A stretch of DNA of 64,000 nucleotides, taken from NCBI GenBank assembly GCA_034716855.1, contig JAYEKV010000160.1, positions 1,926 through 65,925 of the forward strand, written 5' to 3'. The stretch's first letter is position 1, and each line of letters opens with the position of its first letter. Below, piece by piece: positions 1 to 9,249 of this stretch. Source of the stretch: Campylobacterota bacterium (GTDB lineage: Bacteria; Campylobacterota; Campylobacteria; Campylobacterales; Arcobacteraceae). The translations under genes were made by a program, and so were the position numbers. The notes under the pieces are model-generated. The model was not told where the DNA came from and did not search any database. It was given only the letters and a program-made list of their open reading frames with translations.

Positions 1-31
1 TAACAGTAAAAATTAAATAAAAAAGATAATT

Positions 32-1855
32 ATGTTCATACCAACAACAAAAGAGGAACTAAAAAAACTAAACTGGGACTATCTTGATATTATTTTAGTA
101 AGCGGTGACACTTATATAGATTCACCATACAGTGGTATGGCTATCATAGGTAAACTACTGATTGCTCAAGGTTTTAAAGTAGGTATAATAGCTCAACCTG
201 ATCATGAAACTGATAAAGATATAAAAAGACTCGGTGAACCAAAACTATTTTGGGGTGTCAGCTCTGGACTTGTAGACAGTATGGTTGCAAACTATACTGC
301 ATTAAAAAAATTTAGAAACTCAGATGACTTTACCCCTAATGGTCAAAATAACAAAAGACCTGATAGAGCCACAATAGTTTATTCAAATCTTATAAGAAGA
401 TATTTTAAAGATACTGCTCCTATAGTTCTAGGTGGGATTGAGGCCAGTCTTAGAAGAGTTGCACATTATGATTTTTGGTCAAATAAAGTTAGAGGCTCTA
501 TACTTTTTGATGCAAAGGCTGATTATATCATATATGGTATGGGTGAAAAAACTGTTGTAGAACTTGCCTGTGCTTTAAGAGATAAAAATTCTGCAGAAGA
601 TATAAGAGGAGTGTGCTATATAAGCAAAACTGCAAAAGAGGATTATATACAGCTTCCAACCCTTAAACAATGTCAAGATAAAAATGAAAAAACAAAATTT
701 ATAGAGATGTTCCATAAATTTTATGAAAATAATGATCCTCTGACTTCCCAAGGGCTTTGTCAAGAACACAACGGAAGATACCTTATACAAAACACGCCAC
801 AGTACTATATGGAAGAGACAGAGATAGACAAAGTATATGATCTTCCCTATGAAAGAGAGGTACATCCATACTATGCCAAAGATGGTCATGTAAAAGCTAT
901 GGATACTATTCGGTTTTCTGTTACAACACATCATGGGTGTTACGGGGAGTGTAACTTTTGTGCCATATCTGTACATCAAGGAAGAACCATAAGAAGTAGA
1001 AGTGAAAAATCTATTTTAAATGAGGTAAAAGGATTTACACAAAATAAAAAGTTCAAAGGTACTATCTCTGATGTTGGTGGAGCTACAGCTAATATGTACG
1101 GGTATGAGTGTAATAAGAAGCTTGAAAAAGGCGTATGTGAAGATAGAAGATGTACAGGCTTTAGGATGTTCAATCCAAACAATAGAAAAAAAGAATGGAA
1201 TGATTATAAGATATGTAATGTACTAAAACCAAACCACCAAAGAAATATACAGCTTTTAAAAGATATAAGAGCTATTGACGGGGTAAAAAAAGTATTTGTA
1301 AACTCAGGTATCAGATATGACCTTATAAATGAAGACAAACAATACGGCAAAGAGTATCTTAAAGAGATAGTTACTCACCATGTAAGTGGGCAGATGAAAA
1401 TAGCACCGGAACACAGTGAAACAAAAGTATTGAAGTTTATGGGTAAGCCTGATAAAGAAGTACTTAAAGATTTTAAATCAAATTTTGAAAAACTCAATCA
1501 AAAAAGCGGTAAAAAACAGTTCTTAACTTACTATATGATTGCAGCTCATCCAGGGTCAACGCAAAAAGACATGGAAGATCTAAAAGAGTTTGCCAATAAA
1601 GACCTAAAGCTAAATCCACAACAGATACAAATATTTACCCCTACCCCTTCAACCTACTCCACTTTGATGTACTATACAGAAACCGATCCTTGGAAAATGG
1701 AAAAAATATTTGTAGAGAAAGATCCTTCAAGAAAACAAAAACAAAAAGATATAGTGACACAAAAAAGTTTTGGATCACCAAAAAATTCTAAAGGAAAAAG
1801 TGGCTATAATACGGAAAATAACAGATATAATAAAAACTATAAAAGGATTAAATAA
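32..1855 (+). CDS. ygiQ: YgiQ-family (UPF0313) radical SAM protein
   Basis: 607-aa ORF with radical-SAM cluster motif CYGECNFC (CxxxCxxC). The N-terminal LDIILVSGDTYIDSPYSG region and the length are typical of YgiQ. Lys-rich C-terminal tail. Confidence 0.85.
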   Translation: MFIPTTKEELKKLNWDYLDIILVSGDTYIDSPYSGMAIIGKLLIAQGFKVGIIAQPDHETDKDIKRLGEPKLFWGVSSGLVDSMVANYTALKKFRNSDDFTPNGQNNKRPDRATIVYSNLIRRYFKDTAPIVLGGIEASLRRVAHYDFWSNKVRGSILFDAKADYIIYGMGEKTVVELACALRDKNSAEDIRGVCYISKTAKEDYIQLPTLKQCQDKNEKTKFIEMFHKFYENNDPLTSQGLCQEHNGRYLIQNTPQYYMEETEIDKVYDLPYEREVHPYYAKDGHVKAMDTIRFSVTTHHGCYGECNFCAISVHQGRTIRSRSEKSILNEVKGFTQNKKFKGTISDVGGATANMYGYECNKKLEKGVCEDRRCTGFRMFNPNNRKKEWNDYKICNVLKPNHQRNIQLLKDIRAIDGVKKVFVNSGIRYDLINEDKQYGKEYLKEIVTHHVSGQMKIAPEHSETKVLKFMGKPDKEVLKDFKSNFEKLNQKSGKKQFLTYYMIAAHPGSTQKDMEDLKEFANKDLKLNPQQIQIFTPTPSTYSTLMYYTETDPWKMEKIFVEKDPSRKQKQKDIVTQKSFGSPKNSKGKSGYNTENNRYNKNYKRIK

Positions 1856-2776
1856 ATGGCATTATATATTTTTGGACACAAAGTACCAGACAGTGACAGT
1901 ATCATAGCTGCAATAGCTATGAGCTACATAAAAAACAAGCTTGGTGTTGAAGCTATAGCAGTAAGACAAGGTGATATAAATCCTGAATCACAATATATTT
2001 TAGATAAGTTTGATCTTGAAGCACCCGAACTTAAAACATCTTTTGCAGGAGAAGAGGTATATCTTACAGATTTTAGTGATATAGCACAAGCACCTGATGA
2101 TATAAAAGAAGCTTCTATAGTTGGGATAGTAGATCACCATAAATTAGGAGATCTTACAACAGCTGCACCACTTGAAGCTTGGATAAGACCTGTAGGATGT
2201 ACAAACACTATAGTAAAAGAGATGTTTGATTACTATGAAGTAGAGATACCAAAAAATATAGCTGGAGCTATGATGTGTGCAATTTTAAGTGATACAGTTA
2301 TCTTCAAATCACCAACTTGTACAAAACTTGACACAAAGATCACAAAAGAGCTTGCAGCAATTGCAGGGATCGAAGACTTTAAGGATATTGGTTTGGAGAT
2401 GTTCAAAGTAAAATCAGCTGTTGAGGGTGTTCCGGCTAGAGATCTAGTTATGAGAGACTACAAAAACTTTAATATGAACGGTAAAAAGGTAGGTATCGGT
2501 CAACTTGAAGTTGTTGATCTTTCTATTTTTGATAATATCAAAGATGACCTTCAAAAAGATATCAAGAAGCTTAAAGAGGAGGAAGGTTTAGATGCTGTTC
2601 TTCTTCTACTAACAGACATCATGGCTATGGGAAGTGAGATACTTGTAGCATCAAACAATAATAGAATCATAGAAAAAGCTTTTGATGTTACTATTGAGGA
2701 TGAAAAATTTTGGCTAAAAGGTTGCCTAAGTAGAAAAAAACAGATCGTGCCATTTTTAGAGCCGGCATTTGCATAA
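1856..2776 (+). CDS. ppaC: Family II (DHH) manganese-dependent inorganic pyrophosphatase
   Basis: 306 aa with N-terminal GHKVPDSDSI, DHH motif (VDHHKLGD) and a DHHA2-like C-terminal half. The ATG directly abuts the ygiQ stop. Confidence 0.9.
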   Translation: MALYIFGHKVPDSDSIIAAIAMSYIKNKLGVEAIAVRQGDINPESQYILDKFDLEAPELKTSFAGEEVYLTDFSDIAQAPDDIKEASIVGIVDHHKLGDLTTAAPLEAWIRPVGCTNTIVKEMFDYYEVEIPKNIAGAMMCAILSDTVIFKSPTCTKLDTKITKELAAIAGIEDFKDIGLEMFKVKSAVEGVPARDLVMRDYKNFNMNGKKVGIGQLEVVDLSIFDNIKDDLQKDIKKLKEEEGLDAVLLLLTDIMAMGSEILVASNNNRIIEKAFDVTIEDEKFWLKGCLSRKKQIVPFLEPAFA

Positions 2777-2781
2777 ACACT

Positions 2782-3969
2782 ATGGAAACAATAGACACTA
2801 ACTTATTATACATAGATGAAGAAGCCGTAGCAACACTTGCTATGGCAAGAGATGGCTTACTTAAACCAGTAACCTCACTAATGAACCAAGAGGAAGCTAA
2901 ACAAGTAGATAAAACAGGGAAATATAAAGATGGTCTCTTCCCTTTCTCTTTTGTTCTTGCACCTGCTGGAAATATGAATGCCAAAGTACTACAATCATCA
3001 AAAAAAGGTGACAAATTAAAGCTTGTATGTAAAGACAAAGTCTGTGGACATATCATTGTCGATGAAATATTTTCTATAAACAGAGATGAAAGAGTTCAAA
3101 AGATCTATGGTACAAATAACCCTGAACATCCAGGAGTAAAGGATACATATAAACGACTAGGTGAGTTTGCAATATGTGGAGAGTATGAGATAGAATTTGA
3201 AAATATCAAGAAAAATATAAAAACCTTAAACCAAAGTATAGAAAATATAGATGCTGTAAATACCTCTGCAATTATTTTATCAGGAAAGCCATTTCACAGA
3301 GTACATGAAAGAATAATCAGAACAGCCTTGGTAAAGTGTGACCTTCTTGTTATATTTCTTCAAAAGCCTTATAAAAAAGATACTTTAAGTTATGATATAA
3401 GATATAAAACTATCAAGTACTTTATAGATAACTATCTGCCAAGAGACAGAGTGGTTCTTCTTCCACTTGAAAGTACCTATATCTTTGGTGGATTTAATGA
3501 ACTAACACTAAATGCACTTGTGACAAAAAACTATGGTGTATCAAAACTTATAATCGGTCAAAACCATGCAGGTCTTGGTGCATACTGGGAAGATAAAAAA
3601 CTTTTAACTATTGCAGACTCCTTGGAAAAAGTAGATCTTGAGATTGAGATAATGAGCGAATTTACATACTGTGACAAATGTACTACACTAGTAAGTACAA
3701 ATGCCTGTCCTCACGGAAGCCATCACCATGTAAAATATCACAACGATTCAATAATGGAACTATTTGCACTTGGTATAATACCACCAGCAATACTTATGAG
3801 AAAAGATATCTCATCAATTATTTTAAGTGAACTTTATCCTGATAGAAAAAATAAACTTAAAAAAATACACCAAAACCTTTCAACCTCTTCAGGACTTATA
3901 GATGAGTTTAAAAGTGAAGACTTTTACTGTGGACTTATGAGTCTATATCAAACATCCTCACTCTCTTAA
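2782..3969 (+). CDS. ATP sulfurylase (sulfate adenylyltransferase)-like protein with divergent active-site motifs
   Basis: 395 aa. Collinear by eye with Sat proteins (HPGV, HRVHE = HxxH motif, IIGQNHAGLG in place of GRDHAG, YCDKCx8CPH zinc-type motif). The QTRNP and GRD signatures are replaced (see findings). Confidence 0.7.
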   Translation: METIDTNLLYIDEEAVATLAMARDGLLKPVTSLMNQEEAKQVDKTGKYKDGLFPFSFVLAPAGNMNAKVLQSSKKGDKLKLVCKDKVCGHIIVDEIFSINRDERVQKIYGTNNPEHPGVKDTYKRLGEFAICGEYEIEFENIKKNIKTLNQSIENIDAVNTSAIILSGKPFHRVHERIIRTALVKCDLLVIFLQKPYKKDTLSYDIRYKTIKYFIDNYLPRDRVVLLPLESTYIFGGFNELTLNALVTKNYGVSKLIIGQNHAGLGAYWEDKKLLTIADSLEKVDLEIEIMSEFTYCDKCTTLVSTNACPHGSHHHVKYHNDSIMELFALGIIPPAILMRKDISSIILSELYPDRKNKLKKIHQNLSTSSGLIDEFKSEDFYCGLMSLYQTSSLS

Positions 3970-3972
3970 GAG

Positions 3973-5211
3973 ATGGAAGCACTTTCTTTATTTAACACAA
4001 ATAAAGAGAGAGTTTTTTTCTTAACTTTTTGTTTTGTCATTTTTACGACAAATCTATTATTTTACTATAATGACTACTTAAACTTTAAAGATGAGGAAGT
4101 TTTTAAAACCTCTGCTAAAGTTGTAAATATCTATGATAAAAAAAGCTTTTCAACACTAAAGCTTCAAACAGATAACTTTACATCATTTATATCTGTTTCA
4201 AAGGATGTAGTTCTTAATAAAAATGACCAAATAACTCTTTATCTTTTAACTGAAGATATTAGCTTTGTCGATTATCTAAAAGGTTTCTATACAAAAGGTT
4301 TTAATCTATCTATAATAAGTAAAGAAACTAACATATCCAATAAATTACAAAAGATCATATCCTCACAACACTCTAACAATAATATATCATCACTTTATGA
4401 AGCTTTATTTATAGCCATACCTGTAGATAAAACCCTAAGAGATCAATTTGCAAAGCTTGGAATATCCCACCTTATAGCCATATCAGGTTTTCATCTTGGA
4501 GTATTGAGCATCGTGTTGTATTTTATATTTAATACTTTATACTCACCATTTCATCAAAAATATATCCCATATAGAAATAAAAAATACGATATATTGATAC
4601 TAACAGGTATCATACTGTTTTTTTACCTTTTATTAACACAACTAGCACCCTCTTTATTAAGAGCCTTTGTGATGTTTGTATTTGGTATATTTCTTCTTAG
4701 AAACAATATAAAAATACTCTCTTTTGAGACACTGTTTATAATTGTAATTATCATCATTACATTGTTTCCAAAACTATTGTTTTCTCTTTCTCTTTGGTTT
4801 AGTATCGCAGGTGTATTTTATATCTATCTTTTTTTACACTATTTTAAAGGGCTGAACAAATATATTCAAATAGCCCTTTTTAACTACTGGATATATTTTG
4901 CAATGAATCCAATAACCCACTACTTTTTTGCCACTACGGCATATGAACAGCTGTTATCTCCAATTATAACCATAATATTTACAATATTTTATCCATTAAG
5001 CTTACTGCTTCATATTGTAAATATTGGATTTTTAATGGATGGTGTAGTGAATATGATGTTGAGTGTAAATATAAATAGCTATGAAGTATTTACACCCTAT
5101 TGGTTTTTTATAGGGTATATAATTTTAAGCTTAGCCTCTATCTTTAGAAAAGAGGCTTTTTATCTTTTGAATTTTTGTTTTGTTGGATTTAATTTTTATC
5201 TGTTTTTGTAA
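3973..5211 (+). CDS. comEC: ComEC/Rec2-family DNA internalisation channel protein (short, membrane domain only)
   Basis: 412 aa, polytopic, with the competence-domain signature GISHLIAISGFHLGVL. No C-terminal MBL domain, as in short epsilonproteobacterial ComEC. Confidence 0.8.
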   Translation: MEALSLFNTNKERVFFLTFCFVIFTTNLLFYYNDYLNFKDEEVFKTSAKVVNIYDKKSFSTLKLQTDNFTSFISVSKDVVLNKNDQITLYLLTEDISFVDYLKGFYTKGFNLSIISKETNISNKLQKIISSQHSNNNISSLYEALFIAIPVDKTLRDQFAKLGISHLIAISGFHLGVLSIVLYFIFNTLYSPFHQKYIPYRNKKYDILILTGIILFFYLLLTQLAPSLLRAFVMFVFGIFLLRNNIKILSFETLFIIVIIIITLFPKLLFSLSLWFSIAGVFYIYLFLHYFKGLNKYIQIALFNYWIYFAMNPITHYFFATTAYEQLLSPIITIIFTIFYPLSLLLHIVNIGFLMDGVVNMMLSVNINSYEVFTPYWFFIGYIILSLASIFRKEAFYLLNFCFVGFNFYLFL

Positions 5212-5245
5212 TAAATAAAGGTATTTAGAGGTGCTCTTTAGTTTG

Positions 5246-5995
5246 TTAAACCTGCTTATTTAACGCCTTATCAAGAGTATATTTCATATCCTCATCAAGA
5301 TCAGCCATATTAGATCTCATCCACTGAAGATACCCTGCATCTTTTTGTGCTATCTCAACAATTTTTTCACCTTTATATTTACCAAATCTAAAAGTTTGGA
5401 TAAGTACAGGAGTTCTTGTAAGTTCTGCTAGTTTTTCCATAGGGTTGTAGTCTGGATAAACCTCTACACACTTTTTTGTAAGTTCTCTTAAAAAAAGTTT
5501 CATCACAAGCACATCACCTATTGCATCGTGTGCCTTTATAACTATATCTAGTTTATCTGCTTCCTCTTGCTCTGTTTTATATAACTCTAGAGCATATCTT
5601 AGATACTGAAGTCTATGATATGGAAGATTTGCATAAAGATGTTTTGCACACCTTAGTGTATCTATGATCGTATAGTTATTTACAAAGCCCTCTTTTTCAA
5701 GCATACCAAGATCAAAGTTTATATTGTGAGCTATAAGATAATTTGATGGGTTATTTAACTCTAAAATCTTAGTGTAAAATTTTGTTTGAGTACATAGTGG
5801 CTTTCCTACTAAAAGATCAGGGGTGATATTATGAACCTCCATAGCTTCAATTTTTATATCCACATCACTACTGCACATCTCATCATATACTTCTATATCA
5901 GTCTTACTACTTATAACCATACCACCTATTTGTATGATTCTATCATCTTGGTTGGCTCCTGTTGTTTCTGTGTCAAATAATATATACTTTGGCAA
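5246..5995 (-). CDS. DEDDh 3'-5' exonuclease (DnaQ/epsilon-like) with C-terminal DUF3820-like module
   Basis: 249 aa with Exo I ILFDTETTG, Exo II AHNINFDLGML and Exo III HDAIGDV. The C-terminal FGKYKGEKI...GYLQWM resembles DUF3820. Confidence 0.8.
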   Translation of the reverse strand: MPKYILFDTETTGANQDDRIIQIGGMVISSKTDIEVYDEMCSSDVDIKIEAMEVHNITPDLLVGKPLCTQTKFYTKILELNNPSNYLIAHNINFDLGMLEKEGFVNNYTIIDTLRCAKHLYANLPYHRLQYLRYALELYKTEQEEADKLDIVIKAHDAIGDVLVMKLFLRELTKKCVEVYPDYNPMEKLAELTRTPVLIQTFRFGKYKGEKIVEIAQKDAGYLQWMRSNMADLDEDMKYTLDKALNKQV

Positions 5996-6010
5996 AACTA
6001 TCCTTTTTTA

Positions 6011-7537
6011 TTAAAATATATCGGGGATATCAACATTCATATCCCCAACTTCATTGTTTTGTACAGGTGGCTGTTGTGAAGGTTGATTTTGTGGAACCAT
6101 ATCTGTTGGTATATCCACATTTGTTTCAACTTGTACATCTGATACATATTCAGTTATCTCTGGTTTTGATTCAAATGGCAGCTCTTTATCTACGAATTTT
6201 GTAAGTTCCTTATGGAAGTCAAGCTTTACTGTACCCGTTGAACCGTTTCTTTGTTTACCTATGATTATCTCAGCTTCCTCTACAGACTTATCCACAAAGG
6301 CACTTTTATATACAGGATCATCACCTCTATCGGCTGACTCTTTCTCTTTTCTTTGCTCATCTCTTTCTTTATAGATATCATCTCTATACACGAACATAAT
6401 GATATCCGCATCCTGCTCAATAGCACCAGATTCTCTAATATCACTAAGCATTGGTCTTTTATCTGGTCTATTTTCAAGTCCACGATTTAGCTGGGAAAGT
6501 GCAATAATAGGTATCTCCATCTCTCTTGCTAGTAGTTTTAGTCCCCTAGAGATCTCATCAACTACAAGTCGTCTATCAGTACCACCCGTTCCTTGCATAA
6601 GTTGAAGGTAGTCAATGATGATCATTTTAACATTGTTGTTTTCATTTTGTGCTATTTTTCTAGCTCTTGCTCTTAACTGATTGATATTTACACTTCCGTT
6701 ATCATCAACAAAAAGCTTTTTATCACTAAGAGAATCAAACGCTTCCTCAACCTGTTTTGCCTGAGTTGGGTCCAGTTCACCTTTTCTAACATTTTGAAGA
6801 GGTATACCTGTTTTGGCTGCTATTAGTCTTATCATTAGTTGCGTTTCTGGCATCTCTAAAGAGAAAAAGATAACACCATCACCCTTTTCAAGATTTTGTA
6901 GAGTTGTATTTAGAACTATAGAGGTTTTTCCCATAGCAGGTCTAGCAGCTATAATTACCAAGTCTCCTGCATTAAGTCCTGTAGTTTTCTTATCCAGTGC
7001 ATAAAATCCTGTAGTCTGACCAGTAAGATGTGTAGTACCCATCTCTTGCATCTTAAGGATATGTGCTTTAGTATTTGTGATGATAGTTGGCATATCTTTA
7101 AGCTCACTAGATGCACTGTCCATAGTGATATGATACAGTTCATTTTGTACCTTATCAACAGCATCTTGTGCTGTAATACTATCCTCTACAGTTAGTTTTT
7201 TGATATGTGTCGCAAGAGTCGCCAGTTCTCTTTTTACGGCACCGTCTTTTATCTCTTTTACATAAGCAGCCGTATTTGAGATAGGATTTGCTGAAAGTAT
7301 CTCAATAAGTACAGAATCACTTACTTCATTGGAATCAACTCTTTTTCTTATAAACTCTTCATCTATTGGTATATCTTGACTATGGAGCTGTGCCATAACC
7401 TCAAATACTTTTTGATGTGCAGGAAGATAAAAATCAGAAGGTTTTAAAACACCTAAAATATCCTCTATAAGGTCATGATCAAAAAGTACAGAGCTTAATA
7501 CGGCTCTTTCGATATTTAGTGCATAAATATTATCCAT
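6011..7537 (-). CDS. dnaB: Replicative DNA helicase DnaB
   Basis: 508 aa with Walker A ARPAMGKTS, IIIDYLQLM, ESGAIEQDADI and IIGKQRNG. Carries an internal insertion and a C-terminal extension. Confidence 0.95.
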   Translation of the reverse strand: MDNIYALNIERAVLSSVLFDHDLIEDILGVLKPSDFYLPAHQKVFEVMAQLHSQDIPIDEEFIRKRVDSNEVSDSVLIEILSANPISNTAAYVKEIKDGAVKRELATLATHIKKLTVEDSITAQDAVDKVQNELYHITMDSASSELKDMPTIITNTKAHILKMQEMGTTHLTGQTTGFYALDKKTTGLNAGDLVIIAARPAMGKTSIVLNTTLQNLEKGDGVIFFSLEMPETQLMIRLIAAKTGIPLQNVRKGELDPTQAKQVEEAFDSLSDKKLFVDDNGSVNINQLRARARKIAQNENNNVKMIIIDYLQLMQGTGGTDRRLVVDEISRGLKLLAREMEIPIIALSQLNRGLENRPDKRPMLSDIRESGAIEQDADIIMFVYRDDIYKERDEQRKEKESADRGDDPVYKSAFVDKSVEEAEIIIGKQRNGSTGTVKLDFHKELTKFVDKELPFESKPEITEYVSDVQVETNVDIPTDMVPQNQPSQQPPVQNNEVGDMNVDIPDIF

Positions 7538-7572
7538 TTAAGTTACCTGTTATTATATTTTTTTTCATTGTG

Positions 7573-7785
7573 TTAACTACACCTTTCAAATATATCATCA
7601 AGAAAATCTTTCTGATCTAAATTTTTACTTTTTTTGCCCTCTAGCTGCTCTTTTATCTCTAATAATTCATCTATCTCAAAGTATTCTAAGTATTTTGGAT
7701 TTATATCTACTTTTTCACCTTTTATACTTATTAGTTGTTTTATAACTTCTATCAGTTCTTCTTTTTGATTCATACTATTTTGCAA
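7573..7785 (-). CDS. Small acidic hypothetical protein
   Basis: 70-aa ORF that overlaps the upstream BFD-like gene by 11 nt (translational coupling). No recognisable motif. Confidence 0.4.
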   Translation of the reverse strand: MQNSMNQKEELIEVIKQLISIKGEKVDINPKYLEYFEIDELLEIKEQLEGKKSKNLDQKDFLDDIFERCS

Positions 7786-7999
7786 ACTTATTTAAAATCT
7801 GTTCTATATATAGTTCCATTTTAGGATCTCCAAAATCATCTTTTTTGGATTTACAACATCCGCAAGAACTACCAGCATCAGTGATTAGTTCAATATCATC
7901 CATAGTTTTTGCACCTTGGTCTTTTATAGCATGTACTATCTCACCAAGAGTTACTTTTTTACAATCACAAACTATATGTGAATATTGAAAATCAGCCAT
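7775..7999 (-). CDS. BFD-like (2Fe-2S)-binding domain protein
   Basis: 74 aa. The CDC...SSCGCC cysteine pattern and TLGEI..AI context are typical of the BFD-like [2Fe-2S] domain. Confidence 0.8.
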   Translation of the reverse strand: MADFQYSHIVCDCKKVTLGEIVHAIKDQGAKTMDDIELITDAGSSCGCCKSKKDDFGDPKMELYIEQILNKFAK

Positions 8000-8754
8000 T
8001 ACTTTTTCTCCTTTTTAAGAAGTTCATATGCTTCATTTATCTCTTGAAGTTTTTCTGTCGCCTGGTCTATTATAGACTGCTCTGCACCGCTTCCCGTAAC
8101 TATATCAGGGTGATTTTCTTTTACTAAAGCTCTGTATTTTTTCTTGATAGTTGACATATCATCATCTTTTGATACCCCTAGTATCTCACAAGCTTTTTCT
8201 ATAGATAATTCTTGTGAGTCTTTCTTCTGCGCATAGAACTGTTCAAATGCAGATATAAGTTGTTCAAAATCAGGCTTTTTGATCTCTAGGGCATTAGCAA
8301 TATCTTCTGTTATCATAAATTCAGCTTTAGAGAAGTCATTATCTATGAAAGCCAGATTTAAAAGATACTCCATAACTTTTAATCTTTTGTTGTATTCCCT
8401 TTTTGTAAGTTTTAGATACTTTTTTGCTACAGCTACAGTATCATCAAAACTTTCCATATGTTTTTTATAGATAGCTTTAAGTTCTTCTCTTATTTGTTGT
8501 GAATTTTCAAAATGATTTGATATATCTGTAAAAGTGTGACCCAAAATCTCAGCTTCAAGCTCACTTACTTTTCCATCTGCCTTTGCAACTTTTGCCATCA
8601 TAGCAATAAGAAGCCCTGCTTCATGATCTTCAAGATCACCTTGAAGTTTTTGCTTACCGTCAACTTTTATATGTTTAAAGTCTGAACTTTTATACCCTCT
8701 GTTTAACATATAAAAAACAAATCCTACTATTACCAATACTAATAACTTGATCAT
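7999..8754 (-). CDS. djlA: DjlA-like membrane co-chaperone (TM anchor, TerB-like domain, C-terminal J domain)
   Basis: 251 aa with N-terminal TM helix LLVLVIVGFVFYML, a central TerB-like region and a C-terminal J domain carrying HPD (KKKYRALVKENHPD). Confidence 0.65.
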   Translation of the reverse strand: MIKLLVLVIVGFVFYMLNRGYKSSDFKHIKVDGKQKLQGDLEDHEAGLLIAMMAKVAKADGKVSELEAEILGHTFTDISNHFENSQQIREELKAIYKKHMESFDDTVAVAKKYLKLTKREYNKRLKVMEYLLNLAFIDNDFSKAEFMITEDIANALEIKKPDFEQLISAFEQFYAQKKDSQELSIEKACEILGVSKDDDMSTIKKKYRALVKENHPDIVTGSGAEQSIIDQATEKLQEINEAYELLKKEKK

Positions 8755-8871
8755 TTAACACCTTTGAAAAAAATTGAGTGTAATTTTATCAAAATTTAGG
8801 TAAAATCCTCTGACTTAATTTATATTAGAGTCAAATAAGATAAAAAATAATTTTATATACAGAGGTGTTAC

Positions 8872-9249
8872 ATGTTCGGAATGGGGTTTATGGAGATTTT
8901 TCTTATTGCCATAGTTGCTATTATTGCACTAGGTCCTGAGAAACTACCGTCAGCTATGGTTGAGATAGCAAAGTTTTTTAGACAATTTAAAAGCGGTATA
9001 GAGGATGCTAAGTCAACAATCAACAGTGAACTAAATATTGATGAGATGAAACAAGAAGCTGCCAAATTCAAACAAAGTGTTGAAGATGTTAAAGAGATAG
9101 CTAGTGTTGATTTAAATGACATGACAAGTTTAGAAGATGATAACGAAGAAGAGGAAAAACCTAAAAAAGAAAAACAAAAAAAGAAAAAAGATATATATAA
9201 TGATGAGAAAAAAGAAACTATATCATTCAATGAAGAGGTAAAAGCATAA
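8872..9249 (+). CDS. tatB: Twin-arginine translocase subunit TatB
   Basis: 125 aa with the N-terminal MFGMGFMEIFLIAIVAIIALGPEKLP motif, then an amphipathic helix and a charged tail. Immediately upstream of tatC. Confidence 0.8.
   Translation: MFGMGFMEIFLIAIVAIIALGPEKLPSAMVEIAKFFRQFKSGIEDAKSTINSELNIDEMKQEAAKFKQSVEDVKEIASVDLNDMTSLEDDNEEEEKPKKEKQKKKKDIYNDEKKETISFNEEVKA

Noticed and set aside
8868-9230. 120-aa minus-strand ORF opposite tatB
   Set aside because: It is low-complexity (Ser/Phe/Leu-rich) and is the mirror image of the Lys/Glu-rich TatB coding strand. It has no motif or RBS, and tatB is clearly the real gene.
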